The notes: generated from the sequence alone by a model not told the origin. A stretch of DNA of 64,000 nucleotides from Candidatus Goldiibacteriota bacterium (GCA_018000835.1 JAGNJD010000006.1:52-64051), one strand, 5' to 3'; shown: positions 26,855-37,780, numbered from the stretch's first letter. A program made the numbers and translations.

Positions 26855-29800
26855 TTAAATAAAATGGAATATTTCTTTTCTGCTTTCAAATTTAACAAGC
26901 ATTTTGTTTTGTTCAATGAATATTTTATTTCTTGTCCTTTTTAGTTCTTCTTTCAGGTTTTTCATAAAAGAAACGTTTTTTTCTTCCCATATCAGGCTAA
27001 TCGTATTATCTTTTACGTTTATTTCACTTATCATAAATTTTTTTCCGAATATTTTCAGCATCCCTACCTGTAAAATGTTATTAAACTCCTCCGGCGGTTC
27101 ACCCCAGATATCCCTTACTTCGTCCGCCAGTTCTTTGATGTCCTCCTTTGATTTTGAAAGAAAAATTTTTCTGTAAATCCGTAGTTTTTCAGACGAGTCC
27201 CATATAAAACTATCGGGTATATAAGATTTAAAATCTACGTTTATTTTTGTATCAATCTCTTCCTCTGTTTCCATGCCTTTTAATTTCATTACTGCTTCTT
27301 CAAGCAGTTTACAGTAAAGTTCAAATCCTATTTTTTCCATGTTGCCGTGCTGTTTTGTGCTTAAAACAGAGCCCGCACCGCGTAATTCCATGTCCTTCAT
27401 TGCTATCTCAAAACCCGCACCCGGGTCCACATAACTCTCTATTGCCTGCAGTCGTTCTTTTGCGGTATCCGATAGTGACATGAAATCCTTTACAAGCAGA
27501 TATGCGTATGCCTGCCTGTCCCTCCTTCCCACCCTGCCTTTTAACTGATATAACTGTGACAGCCCGAAACGTTCTGCGTTGCTTATTATTATGGTATTGA
27601 CGTCGGGCAGGTCAAGACCTGATTCTATTATCGTCGTGGTTATGAGAACGTCAATTTCCCTGCGAATAAAAGAAAGCATGATTTTTTCAAGTTCGTCTTT
27701 TTTCATCCTGCCATGGGCAACCCTGAATTTTATTTCCGGCATTGCAGATGAGAGCATGTTGTATGTTTTATCTATGGTATTAATGTTATTATAAACATAA
27801 AAAACCTGGCCTTTCCTTAAAATTTCTCTCAATATAAGTTCTTTTACTACGTTTAATCTTTCGTTCATTATGTATACCTCTATTGGTTTTTTTCCGACAG
27901 GCGGCGTATTTATGACGCTTATGTCTCTGATGCCGGACAAGGAAAGATACAGGGTTCTTGGAATCGGCGTTGCAGTTAAGGTAAGAAAATCAGCGGATGG
28001 AAAATTTTTTCTTACGTATTCTTTTTTCTTTGCTCCGAAATGCTGTTCTTCATCAATTATGACAAGCCCTACGTTTGCAAATTCGAGTTTGCTGTTAAAC
28101 AAAGCACTTGTCCCTATTAAAACGTCTATTTTACCTTTCTTCAAATCTGCATAGATTTCTCTCTTTTTGGCTTCGGAAACAAGACGTGATAACATTTCAA
28201 TTCTTATCGGATAACCTGCCATTCGTTCCATGAAAGTTCTGCAATGCTGCTGTGCAAGAAGTGTGGTGGAAGTCAAAATTACGACCTGGTATCCTGAATT
28301 AACCGCTTTAAAAGATGCCCTCATTGCTATTTCTGTTTTGCCAAAACCTGCATCTCCGCAGATCAGTCTGTCCATTTTTTTTCTGCTTTGCATGTCCATT
28401 TTTACGTTTTCAATGGCTTTTGCCTGGTCAGGCGTCTCTTCAAAAATAAACGAATCTTCAAACGTTTTTTGGACCTCATCATCACCCGGAAATTCAATCC
28501 CATTTTCTATTTCCCTTTTTGCATATATCTCCAGCAGTTCCCTTGCAATCTGTTTTAATTCTTTTTTTATCTCCTCTTTTGTCTTCCTGAAAATCCGCGA
28601 ACCAAGTTTTGATAAAACCGGCTTTTCTCCGCCCACATACCTGTCAATTAAATCTATTTTATATACCGGTAAATATAGTTTATCTGAATCTGCATAACTT
28701 ATTACGATAAAATCCTGTTTTGTATTTTCCACGTCCAGAGTCTTAATACCGTTAAAAATTCCTATGCCGTGTTCTCTGTGAACTACGTAATCGTTTTCCT
28801 TTAATTCGGAAATGTGCCGTAATGGCTTAAACGATTTTTTTCTTTTTGCAGTTTCATAACCGTCAGAATACCTCTCAAAAACCTCTTTGTTTGATACAAC
28901 GGTTACTTTTGCAGATTCCATGACAAACCCTCTGTCAAGGTCTGCAATCATGAAATTCAGCAAAGACGTTATCCGGCGTCCTTCTTTTTCTTCTTTTTGG
29001 ATAAAAAAATCTTTTAAATGCTTTTCTTCACCCTCATTATCAGAGACTATGTAAAATTTATGTCCGTTTAGGATTCTATCCTCGGCGTAATCAAACAACA
29101 AGTCCATGTCTTTATTGAAAGACGGATTCATGGTAACGTCGAGTTTTATCTGACTCCTGCCGTTTATTTCCGACGTTCTTATTTTCTGATAAGGATTTAA
29201 TTTTTTATATATTTTTTTGATGGAAAAAATATTTTCCCCGATAATATCTACATCAAGATATTTTTTTATCTTTTCTATTTTTTCCTTTATTTCTCTTTTT
29301 AATTCATCTTCGTTATCAATAATTACAATGGTTTTCTGTGAAGAAAAAAAATCCAGAATGCAGCCCTTTTCATTGTTGCTTTTCCTGCCGGAATTAAACA
29401 GGAACAGGTCTATTTCTTCCGTTTCCTTTGTGGTTGTTGAAGTATCCGGTGAAAACAATCGTATGGAATTTATTTCATCTCCAAACAATTCAATTCTTAC
29501 CGGATATTCGGTCCCAGGCGGGAAAACGTCGAGTATTGAACCTCTTACGGCGTATTCAAAATAATTTTCCACCTTTATTTTTCTTTCAAAATTATTTACA
29601 TTCAACGTTTCGAGTATTTGGTTTAAATTTAAGATGCCGCCTTTTTTTAATTTAACCAGATTTTCTTTTATGCCTGTCGGTTCAGGTATCTTTTCAACCA
29701 GTGCATCTATGTTTGTCACAAAAATTTTATTACCCGGTAAAAGGCATTTGAGATATGCTTCGCTTCTCATCTTTGATATTTCAACTGAACTATTGATGTT

Positions 29801-30073
29801 TTTATAAATCAGGCTGTCGTCTTCCGGGTAATAAATGATTTTTATTTTTTTACTAAATAAATCCACAAAACCGGATATTGATTCAAATACGTTAAATGAA
29901 TTTACTCCCGGCGTGATAATAAAAATAGTTCTGTCAAGTTCCGAGCAAAGTAATGGATAAAAGACAGAAGCAAAATGCCGGCCAACCCCGCTTATTTTGA
30001 TGTTTCTGACTTTATGGTTTATCTGTTCAAAAACTTTTTTTATCTTTGTTGAATTTAACAGATATTCTTTCAT
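26855..30073 (-). CDS. mfd: Transcription-repair coupling factor
   Basis: 1072 aa. CarD-like domain, superfamily-2 helicase motifs GDAGFGKTE, IIDEEQHFG, TATPIPRT, and a TRCF C-terminal domain. Confidence 0.95.
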   Translation of the reverse strand: MKEYLLNSTKIKKVFEQINHKVRNIKISGVGRHFASVFYPLLCSELDRTIFIITPGVNSFNVFESISGFVDLFSKKIKIIYYPEDDSLIYKNINSSVEISKMRSEAYLKCLLPGNKIFVTNIDALVEKIPEPTGIKENLVKLKKGGILNLNQILETLNVNNFERKIKVENYFEYAVRGSILDVFPPGTEYPVRIELFGDEINSIRLFSPDTSTTTKETEEIDLFLFNSGRKSNNEKGCILDFFSSQKTIVIIDNEDELKREIKEKIEKIKKYLDVDIIGENIFSIKKIYKKLNPYQKIRTSEINGRSQIKLDVTMNPSFNKDMDLLFDYAEDRILNGHKFYIVSDNEGEEKHLKDFFIQKEEKEGRRITSLLNFMIADLDRGFVMESAKVTVVSNKEVFERYSDGYETAKRKKSFKPLRHISELKENDYVVHREHGIGIFNGIKTLDVENTKQDFIVISYADSDKLYLPVYKIDLIDRYVGGEKPVLSKLGSRIFRKTKEEIKKELKQIARELLEIYAKREIENGIEFPGDDEVQKTFEDSFIFEETPDQAKAIENVKMDMQSRKKMDRLICGDAGFGKTEIAMRASFKAVNSGYQVVILTSTTLLAQQHCRTFMERMAGYPIRIEMLSRLVSEAKKREIYADLKKGKIDVLIGTSALFNSKLEFANVGLVIIDEEQHFGAKKKEYVRKNFPSADFLTLTATPIPRTLYLSLSGIRDISVINTPPVGKKPIEVYIMNERLNVVKELILREILRKGQVFYVYNNINTIDKTYNMLSSAMPEIKFRVAHGRMKKDELEKIMLSFIRREIDVLITTTIIESGLDLPDVNTIIISNAERFGLSQLYQLKGRVGRRDRQAYAYLLVKDFMSLSDTAKERLQAIESYVDPGAGFEIAMKDMELRGAGSVLSTKQHGNMEKIGFELYCKLLEEAVMKLKGMETEEEIDTKINVDFKSYIPDSFIWDSSEKLRIYRKIFLSKSKEDIKELADEVRDIWGEPPEEFNNILQVGMLKIFGKKFMISEINVKDNTISLIWEEKNVSFMKNLKEELKRTRNKIFIEQNKMLVKFESRKEIFHFI

Positions 30074-30222
30074 TTTATGATGAATTTTTTTCCTTTTCCG
30101 TTTTGCAAAATCACGTCTGACCGTTTATTAATGGTATTTTTTTCTGGACGTTTTTAAATAAAAGCCGTAAATTTTTACGACTTTCATGTTTTTGACCCTT
30201 TATATGACGTAAATTAAGTAAT

Positions 30223-30678
30223 TTAAATTATTTTAAAAAATATTAAAACCCACATAAGGATATTTCCATAGATACCTGCTATTACGTCATCTGCCATGAT
30301 GCCATTTCCTCCACGTAATTTTTGAGATTGGTATGCAGGCCATGGTTTGATTATGTCGAGTATGCGTGCAATAAAAAAGCCAATAACAAGCCTTTTTAAC
30401 GAATAAGGTATAAAAAACATTGTTATTAAAAAACCCACTACTTCGTCTATTACGACTTTATGAGGATCGTCTGATTTAAAAATTACAATGGCATAATTTG
30501 ATGCCCATATTCCGAGGAAAATAAGAACCAGGATTACCGACAGATAAATAATAGGGGGCATATTTCTGAACAAAAAATAATAAACGGGCAAAAAACAAAA
30601 AGTCGCAAAAGTTCCAGAACCTTTTGGAAAATAACCCGTCCCAAAAAAACTGGTAAATATTATGATAAAATTACGCAT
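30223..30678 (-). CDS. pgpA: Phosphatidylglycerophosphatase A
   Basis: GTGYFPKGSGTFAT and ILDIIKPWP...GGNGIMADDVIAG motifs. Confidence 0.85.
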   Translation of the reverse strand: MRNFIIIFTSFFGTGYFPKGSGTFATFCFLPVYYFLFRNMPPIIYLSVILVLIFLGIWASNYAIVIFKSDDPHKVVIDEVVGFLITMFFIPYSLKRLVIGFFIARILDIIKPWPAYQSQKLRGGNGIMADDVIAGIYGNILMWVLIFFKII

Positions 30679-30689
30679 AATTATTTTTA

Positions 30690-31313
30690 TTATAAATCTT
30701 TTTCTAAAAGATATTTATTTTTAAAAAAATATTCCAGCCCGGAAACAAGCGATATTGCGGCAACTATGAACATCAATACGTATGGTATGACTTTTAATAA
30801 AACAAACTCTGTCAATGCTTCTTCATGAAATATCTGTCTTGAAAAATGATAATAATCTATAGTATGGTTCGTGCACATTAAAAATAAAATGGCAATTATT
30901 GAAATAATTTCTATGACAGTTTTTGTTTTACCCCAGTTAGATGCAACTATTATTCTCCCTTCGTCGGCGGCGAGTATTCTTATCCCTGATACCAGGAATT
31001 CCCTGCCAATAATTATAATGACCATCCATGCAGGAATAAAATCCAGCTGGACAAAACAAAGCATGGCAGAAAGATCCATTATTTTGTCTGCCAGCGGATC
31101 CATAACTTTCCCAAACGTAGAAACTACGTTATATTTGCGTGCAATATACCCGTCGACAAAATCGCTTATTGCGGCTATAATGAACAAAAATAACGCCAGA
31201 TAACTTGATATCATCGTATTATGAAGTAAGATGGGAATAAAAGCGACAATTATTATCATACGAAAAATTGTCAGCCTGTTTGGTATCTTTGTAAAATTTT
31301 CCTGTTTCTCCAT
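30690..31313 (-). CDS. pgsA: CDP-diacylglycerol--glycerol-3-phosphate 3-phosphatidyltransferase
   Basis: CDP-alcohol phosphatidyltransferase motif DFVDGYIARKYNVVSTFGKVMDPLADK. Adjacent to pgpA. Confidence 0.8.
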   Translation of the reverse strand: MEKQENFTKIPNRLTIFRMIIIVAFIPILLHNTMISSYLALFLFIIAAISDFVDGYIARKYNVVSTFGKVMDPLADKIMDLSAMLCFVQLDFIPAWMVIIIIGREFLVSGIRILAADEGRIIVASNWGKTKTVIEIISIIAILFLMCTNHTIDYYHFSRQIFHEEALTEFVLLKVIPYVLMFIVAAISLVSGLEYFFKNKYLLEKDL

Positions 31314-31509
31314 CTCGCCTCTTTTCTTTTTACGTTTTTTAATTACCTTATCACTGTATTCCTTAACAATTACAAACGAATATTATAATTGCATCTGATA
31401 TTAAACATAAGAATAACAAAAAAATTAGTTAAATGTTCGTTTTCTGCCCTGATTTATTCTGTCAGAAAATTTAAAACGCTCCGGCCAATTAAAATATACA
31501 CGCAGTTTG

Positions 31510-32760
31510 TCATATTTTTATATCATAAAAATTACCGGCAATCAAATCTTTTTCTGATGAAATCAACAAATAATCATCTATGTCAGGCGCATTCTGCTGT
31601 GTCCGCGCCGTGTATAAATTATTTTTCTTTATACCCGTTATCAGGACTTTTTCTTTTCCTTCTTTTTTTTTATAATGCCGTACTTTTTTTGCAGCCCTGA
31701 GTAAAACGTTGTATCTTTTGTTTATTAATTCATTTTTTACCTTGTTTTTCTTATTGTATGCAGGCGTTCCGGGTTCATCGGAATATTTAAAAAAACCGGG
31801 TATATTGATTTTACCACTTTTTACGAAAAAAAGTAATTCATTAAATTTCACGTCGGTTTCACCCGGATACCCGGCAATAAAAGAACCCCTTATGACAGCG
31901 TCAGGCAGTTCATGATTTATAAAATTAATTATGTTTTCTACGTCATCCCGCGAATACCCTCGCTGCATATTACGTAAAATTTCTGTATTTATGTGCTGAA
32001 AAGGAATATCAAAATATCTGCATATTCGCCCGTCTTTTTTCATTAAATTAATAATTTTTTTTATCAAATTAAAATCCGGATAAAGATACATTATTCTAAT
32101 CCAAAAATATTTTTTAACACTTTTTAAAATTTCTTTTATAAGTTTATCAAGTGCATAATAACCATAAACGTCTCTGCCGTAAAAAGAACTGTCCTGACTG
32201 ATTAAATTAATTTCTTTTATACCGGCATCGGTAAGATTTTTTATCTCATTTACTATGTCTTTTATTTCCCTGCTCCTGTATCTGCCTTTTATTTGCGGTA
32301 TTACGCAAAAGGAACATTTATGATTGCATCCTTCGGAAATTTTAACATATGCAGAATAAGAGTTTAATAAAACCTTTCTTTGTTTATGGTTATAAATAAA
32401 CGGCTTTGAAGAAATAAAAATTCCGCCGTTTATCAAAGCATTACGGATGTTTTTAATATCATTTACTCCAATCCATGCATAAACGTCCTTAAATTTATTC
32501 ATCAACAATTTTACGTCTTTTGATACAAAGCATCCGGCTATTATTACTTTTGCTTTTTTATTCTTGTTTTGAAAAACAGTTTTGATAACGTCCATCGTTT
32601 CCCGTCTTGCAGATTTAATAAAAGCACAGGTATTTATAATTATAAAATCGGCTTCTTTTAGTTTTAATGTAATGGAATAACCGTCAAGAAAGGACAGCAT
32701 AACTTCGAGGTCGACTATATTTTTTGGACAACCAAGATTAATAAGCCCAATATTTTTCAT
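31510..32760 (-). CDS. rimO: Ribosomal protein S12 methylthiotransferase
   Basis: N-terminal LGCPKNIVDLE, radical-SAM CNHKCSFC, C-terminal TRAM-like domain. Confidence 0.85.
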   Translation of the reverse strand: MKNIGLINLGCPKNIVDLEVMLSFLDGYSITLKLKEADFIIINTCAFIKSARRETMDVIKTVFQNKNKKAKVIIAGCFVSKDVKLLMNKFKDVYAWIGVNDIKNIRNALINGGIFISSKPFIYNHKQRKVLLNSYSAYVKISEGCNHKCSFCVIPQIKGRYRSREIKDIVNEIKNLTDAGIKEINLISQDSSFYGRDVYGYYALDKLIKEILKSVKKYFWIRIMYLYPDFNLIKKIINLMKKDGRICRYFDIPFQHINTEILRNMQRGYSRDDVENIINFINHELPDAVIRGSFIAGYPGETDVKFNELLFFVKSGKINIPGFFKYSDEPGTPAYNKKNKVKNELINKRYNVLLRAAKKVRHYKKKEGKEKVLITGIKKNNLYTARTQQNAPDIDDYLLISSEKDLIAGNFYDIKI

Positions 32761-32840
32761 TAATTACCCCTTATAACGAATATTTTCACATAAGTAATTT
32801 GAGAAAATTACTCCTGCATTTTTAATTTTTGCCGGAAGAA

Positions 32841-33716
32841 TTATTCCGGAATTTTTGTTAAATCAGGCGTAACGTTTGTATTTTGATTTATAATCGGTGT
32901 CTGTTTGATTGTGGGGGTATCTGTTGCCTGCACTCTGGGGGGGGCATCTCTTTTAAAACCCTGGTTTCTGTCAATAAACCAGTTTTTTCCAGCCTGAAAA
33001 ACCAATCCATTTATGACCTCTCCCTCTTCGCCTATTGTTCCTATTGACTCACCATTTACTATAAATTCCACTCCTGCGGCATTACCTACAAGAAAAACTA
33101 TCTTATCTATGTCTTTCCATTCTTTTTCCTGACCTTTTTTTAAAATAAAATCCTCTTCTTTGTCTCCGAAACGGACTTTTAACCACGAATCACTTTTTGC
33201 CTTTAAAACTACTTTCAATGTTTGTTCTGCATCTGGGGAAACATAGATATTTTTTGCTTCTGTTTCTTTGCTGTTGTTATTTTTGTTTGAATTTACGGAG
33301 ACGATAACGATGATTAAAACAATTAATAATATAAGTGAACCAAAAATAATTATCTGGTTTCTCGGATTTGATATCGTCATTTCTATAGTGCCCCTGATGT
33401 TTGTAGTCTTTTCTTCCTGCGTTTCCTTTCTTACAACGGTTGCCGCCACATCTTCCATTTTCTCAACTGGTTCTTCTTTAAAGGCGTTTGAACTCTCAAA
33501 CATGGATAAAATTTCCTTATAATCAATTTTTAAAAAACGTGCATAGGTTTTTAAAAATAACTTCATATATATTTTCCTGTCAAATAAATCCGTTCGTTCT
33601 TCTTCCATCGCTTTTATATAATTAGGGTCTATCTTTGTCATTTTATTAACGTCGGAAATCTTTAATCCCATTGCTTCTCTTGCTTTTTTTAGTTTTTCTC
33701 CATATCCATAAGCCAT
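32841..33716 (-). CDS. rodZ: RodZ-like cytoskeleton protein (HTH + TM + DUF4115)
   Basis: N-terminal HTH GEKLKKAREAMGLKISDVNKMTKIDPNYIKAMEE, a single TM segment, and a C-terminal beta-rich domain. Confidence 0.75.
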   Translation of the reverse strand: MAYGYGEKLKKAREAMGLKISDVNKMTKIDPNYIKAMEEERTDLFDRKIYMKLFLKTYARFLKIDYKEILSMFESSNAFKEEPVEKMEDVAATVVRKETQEEKTTNIRGTIEMTISNPRNQIIIFGSLILLIVLIIVIVSVNSNKNNNSKETEAKNIYVSPDAEQTLKVVLKAKSDSWLKVRFGDKEEDFILKKGQEKEWKDIDKIVFLVGNAAGVEFIVNGESIGTIGEEGEVINGLVFQAGKNWFIDRNQGFKRDAPPRVQATDTPTIKQTPIINQNTNVTPDLTKIPE

Positions 33717-33795
33717 TTTATCCTCCTTGGCAGTATCTGCTATTTTTTTATTTTTTACTCTTATTCTAATAAAAATTTAATATGTTTTAAATCTT

Positions 33796-34656
33796 TTATT
33801 TTATTTCCGGCAATAACGACGTATCTATTTCTTCAACGCCTTCTGGAGTAACAAATTCAAAATTATTATCATTAAATTCCCTTATCCCTTTTGCCTGTTC
33901 TGCTGTATAATTCCTTACGTTATTAAAATACACTCTGGTTAAAACTCCCTGATAAAGCATTTCGATGTATTCAGGAACTATTTTTTCTTTATTAATTTTT
34001 ATGACAATTTTTTCAAAATTTGCAGTTTTCTTATCCTTTGGATACAAAGTCAGAGTATAAGATTTTTCATCTTCATTTATATACGTTTTGCTTTGATTAA
34101 CATAATATTCTATGGAACTTTCCATTTCAATATAAAAATTAGTTCCCATCTTGGAATCTTCTGCATTTTGTTTTATTACCTGTTTTAATTCAGGAGTATA
34201 AATCCATATTAGTTTGCCGTTTGAAATCAAAAACTGTTCCGTTGGTTCTGTGTAATGAATTTTAAATTTGTCATTTTTCTTAATAATTATGTTTCCTTTC
34301 ACAACCTGGGGCGTTTGTTGTGCATAATAAGTTTTTAAAACGACGTCGGCACACATTGCAATCCTGCCGGCTTGATTTTCCTTTAATTTATTTAGCACAT
34401 AGGATATTTTCTCTTTATCCATGATAGGTTCGCTTTTCTTTGCTGTCTTTGTAACGTTTTGAACTTTTACGTCTGTTTTGGGAGATGCAACAGCAACCGG
34501 AGTCGCCTGTTTTAAATCATTTTCAACCGGGGTCGTGTCTTTTTTTATTAAGATTACTTCGTTTGAAGATGCGCTATTATCCATTGTATTGGAAATACAA
34601 TTATTAATAAAAACAGTTTCAATAAAAATTAAAATTACAAAAATTTTTTTTGTCAT
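33796..34656 (-). CDS. LolA-like outer-membrane lipoprotein carrier protein
   Basis: The start is taken at MTKKIF (ATG 34656). Signal peptide present. Core VKGNIIIKKNDKFKIHYTEPTEQFLISNGKLIWIYTPELKQV is LolA-like. Confidence 0.6.
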   Translation of the reverse strand: MTKKIFVILIFIETVFINNCISNTMDNSASSNEVILIKKDTTPVENDLKQATPVAVASPKTDVKVQNVTKTAKKSEPIMDKEKISYVLNKLKENQAGRIAMCADVVLKTYYAQQTPQVVKGNIIIKKNDKFKIHYTEPTEQFLISNGKLIWIYTPELKQVIKQNAEDSKMGTNFYIEMESSIEYYVNQSKTYINEDEKSYTLTLYPKDKKTANFEKIVIKINKEKIVPEYIEMLYQGVLTRVYFNNVRNYTAEQAKGIREFNDNNFEFVTPEGVEEIDTSLLPEIK

Positions 34657-34786
34657 ATTCTCTCCGTTACAAATACAATACAAAACTTATATTTTTACTA
34701 TTTTATGATAAATAACGACAAAAGCAAGCGTTTTTTAAATCTTTAATCTATAATCTGTAATCAATAATAAACAGTCTGCAATGTAG

Positions 34787-37096
34787 TTATTCTCCTATGT
34801 ACTTTCTTGGCTTGTTACCATCAGGACCCGTTATTATCTCTTTTTCTTCCATTTCATCTATTAATCTTGCTGCTTTGGAATATCCTATGCCAAGTTTTCT
34901 TTGCAGATACGACGTTGATATTTCACCTTTTTCTTTTGCAAGCGCCATTGCTTTTGATAACAGGGAAGAATCAACGGACGTATCTTCTGCAATTGAATCA
35001 AGGTCTATGTCATCTTCCTTTATCTGAAATTCCGGAGAAATTTCAGGTTTCCTCTGTTTGTTTATGAAATGAACGACTTTTGATATCTCCTGTCCAGTTA
35101 TCAATGCTGCCTGGCCCCTGATGGGTTTATTTAAATCTGATGGCGCATAAAGCATGTCGCCCCTGCCGAGCAGCGTCTCCGCACCTTTTGTATCAAGGAT
35201 CGTCCGGGAATCAACCTGTGACATTACCTGGAACGCAATTCGCGAAGGGAAATTTGCCTTTATGACTCCTGTAATGACATCAACAGAAGGTCTTTGCGTT
35301 GCCAGAACGAGATGGATACCAACGGCTCTTGCCAGCTGGGCAAGACGTCGTAACGATTCCTCCACCGATCCTTTTGCAAGAAGCATCAAATCTGCGAGTT
35401 CATCAATTATCAATACTATGTATGGCAACGTCTTTTTTAATTCCTCGGGTTTCACGTTTTTATCTTTTCTGGTATCCTCATTATATTCCTCAACCATTTT
35501 ATTATATATGGATATGTTTTGTGCGCCTTCTTCCGCAAGAATTTCATATCTGTATTCCATTTCATTTATGAGTTTTTTCAGAACGTAAGCAGCATGTTTT
35601 GGATCCGTAACGACCGGCGCGATTAAATGCGGCAAATCCCTGTAATGTGAAAGTTCAACCCTCTTGGGGTCAACCATTAAAAATTTTACTTCGTCAGGTG
35701 TGGCTTTAAACAATATTGACATAATGATGTCGTTTATGCAGACACTTTTCCCGGAACCTGTTGCCCCTGCAATCAAAAGATGCGGCATTGTCGTAAGGTC
35801 TGCAATTATCGGTTCTCCGCCAAGATCTTTACCAAGTGCAATAGTTAAAAGCGAAGTCGCTGCCTGGAATTTTTCATCTTCTATGACTTCTTTCAGTGAT
35901 ATTGTTTTTCTGTGCTGCTTTGGGACTTCTATCCCGAGCAGTGATTTTCCTGCGATGGGAGCAATCCGCACATTTTCTACTTTCATTGCAAGCGCTATGT
36001 CCGTTGCCAGACCTTCTACTTTGCTTACCTTTACCCCGGTTGCAAGTTCAATTTCAAAGCGGGAAATAACAGGACCGTCTATTACGTTTACAACTTCACC
36101 TTCAATGTCAAAATTATTTAAAGTTTGTTTAAGTCGTTCTGCATCCGATGCATAATCAACTTCAACCGTTCCAGTTTCTTCCACTGTTTTTAACAACGAA
36201 GTAGGGGGTAAATTAAAATCCCCTCTCACCAATGCCTGTATCGGAACCGGTTTTTTAGACTTATCCTCCGGCGTAATTACTTTTATTTTTTCCTTTTTCT
36301 TTCCTTCATTAATTACTTTTTCTTCGTTAACGACGGTCTTTTGTTTTTCAATCTTTTTTAATTCATCTGCGGTCATTTTGTTTTTTACGGATTTTTCTTC
36401 AGACCTTTTTTGTGCAACCTGGACTTTATTAAAAAAATCCTTTATGGACGTCGTCGTTACGTTTAATATTTTTATAACTCCCTTAAAAAAATTTACCGCT
36501 AAATTAGAAATAAAAAACGCAAAATCAACGATTATTTTTTCCATTTGCAGCATGATTAACGAAATTATCGTTAAAATAATAATGACAATATATGAACCGA
36601 CTACGTTAAATCCGGAAATTAAAAATTGTGCCGTTTTATTTCCGATAATTCCCCCGGTATGGAAACTGTAATCGCCCATAATCCGGAATTTTTCAGGAAC
36701 GTTTTTCCAGAAATCTTTTAAATGTGGCTGATAAAAAAATTCTGCTTTTTTTAATTTAAAATTTTCGTTGGGGGTATTGTGTAATAGAACACCAAGAAAT
36801 ACCGACAGAGTCAATACAAGTAAAATAAAACCAATTACGTATCTGGTTTCCGTATATTTATGTTTGTTTTTAATAATTGCTATACCCACTAAAAAACAGA
36901 TAAAAGGCAATAAATACGCCGCTTTTCCTACTAAAAAATACAACAACCTGGATATAATTTCACCAAAATTTCCAAGTAAATTTGTTTTGCTGTCAATAAT
37001 TATAAACGAAAAAAAAATCACTATCGAAATGACTATTAAGGTAAGTCCTATTATTATATTGGAGTTCTTATTTTCTTTATTTGACTTTTTTGCCAA
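34787..37096 (-). CDS. ftsK: DNA translocase FtsK
   Basis: N-terminal TM domain, motor domain with AGATGSGKS Walker A and LVLATQRPSVDVITG, and a C-terminal gamma wHTH (SYLQRKLGIGYSKAARLID). Confidence 0.95.
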   Translation of the reverse strand: MAKKSNKENKNSNIIIGLTLIVISIVIFFSFIIIDSKTNLLGNFGEIISRLLYFLVGKAAYLLPFICFLVGIAIIKNKHKYTETRYVIGFILLVLTLSVFLGVLLHNTPNENFKLKKAEFFYQPHLKDFWKNVPEKFRIMGDYSFHTGGIIGNKTAQFLISGFNVVGSYIVIIILTIISLIMLQMEKIIVDFAFFISNLAVNFFKGVIKILNVTTTSIKDFFNKVQVAQKRSEEKSVKNKMTADELKKIEKQKTVVNEEKVINEGKKKEKIKVITPEDKSKKPVPIQALVRGDFNLPPTSLLKTVEETGTVEVDYASDAERLKQTLNNFDIEGEVVNVIDGPVISRFEIELATGVKVSKVEGLATDIALAMKVENVRIAPIAGKSLLGIEVPKQHRKTISLKEVIEDEKFQAATSLLTIALGKDLGGEPIIADLTTMPHLLIAGATGSGKSVCINDIIMSILFKATPDEVKFLMVDPKRVELSHYRDLPHLIAPVVTDPKHAAYVLKKLINEMEYRYEILAEEGAQNISIYNKMVEEYNEDTRKDKNVKPEELKKTLPYIVLIIDELADLMLLAKGSVEESLRRLAQLARAVGIHLVLATQRPSVDVITGVIKANFPSRIAFQVMSQVDSRTILDTKGAETLLGRGDMLYAPSDLNKPIRGQAALITGQEISKVVHFINKQRKPEISPEFQIKEDDIDLDSIAEDTSVDSSLLSKAMALAKEKGEISTSYLQRKLGIGYSKAARLIDEMEEKEIITGPDGNKPRKYIGE

Positions 37097-37329
37097 TTAA
37101 TATTAACTCCTTTTAAATTTTTAATATTCTGCAATAATTTTAATTAAAAGTAAAGTATTAAAATTCCCATAAATATTTACGGTCATGAATCGTGTATCTC
37201 TTTGAATACATTATAACCATTTTAATGAATTATCGTTAAAAATGATCCTGATTAAATCAAATACTAATGTGGACATTTTAAAAAGTATTGTTAGTAATAT
37301 ACTGATTTTATTATTATAATAAAAAACAA

Positions 37330-37350
37330 CGCAGGGAGTTTTTCCCTGCG
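37330..37350. terminator. Bidirectional intrinsic terminator
   Basis: 8-bp stem CGCAGGGA / TCCCTGCG with a 5-nt loop. It is flanked by an A-run on one side and a T-run on the other, so it gives a U-tract in either orientation. Confidence 0.6.
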
Positions 37351-37386
37351 TGTTTTTAATTGCCTGAATTTGTTAATAAAAATTTT

Positions 37387-37422
37387 CTATTTCTTTTTTG
37401 ATTTTTTCTTTTTCGTTGCCAT
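37387..37422 (-). CDS. 11-codon Lys-rich micro-ORF (MATKKKKSKKK); coding status unproven
   Basis: SD AAAGGGGGTGA lies 5-6 nt before the ATG. It sits between a near-consensus promoter and the terminator at 37330-37350. Confidence 0.25.
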   Translation of the reverse strand: MATKKKKSKKK

Positions 37423-37516
37423 CTCTTCACCCCCTTTCAGAGTGAATTTTAAACATTTTATTAAAAATAAAACCACATTATATTGTATAAGAACATTTAA
37501 ACTTTATACAAGATAT

Positions 37517-37545
37517 AGTATATTGAAAAATTATTAGATTGTCAA
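37517..37545 (-). promoter_or_regulatory. Near-consensus sigma-70 promoter driving the micro-ORF unit
   Basis: Minus strand: TTGACA (37545-37540), 17-nt spacer, TATACT (37522-37517). Confidence 0.4.
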
Positions 37546-37780
37546 GTAATTCTTATGGATTTATTGATAAATATTGATAAATATACTAATTTTTTACAAC
37601 TTTTTATTATGTTTTAATGATTTTTATTATATTTTAAACCTATTATTTCCACATATTATTAACAGTTAGAAATAACTAACTATGTTAAATACACAAATTT
37701 GCATTTCATGTTATTTGATTTTATGAAATTGATTATTTTTATTCAATGATGTTATTAAACGTTTTGGACAAAAAATTTAT

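Noticed and set aside
37100-37780. 680-bp AT-rich gap upstream of ftsK as a replication origin
   Set aside because: Only three imperfect DnaA-box-like 9-mers were seen by eye (around 37270, 37480 and 37650, each with 1-3 mismatches to TTATCCACA). No dnaA/dnaN lies nearby, and gene orientation does not switch here. The evidence is insufficient.
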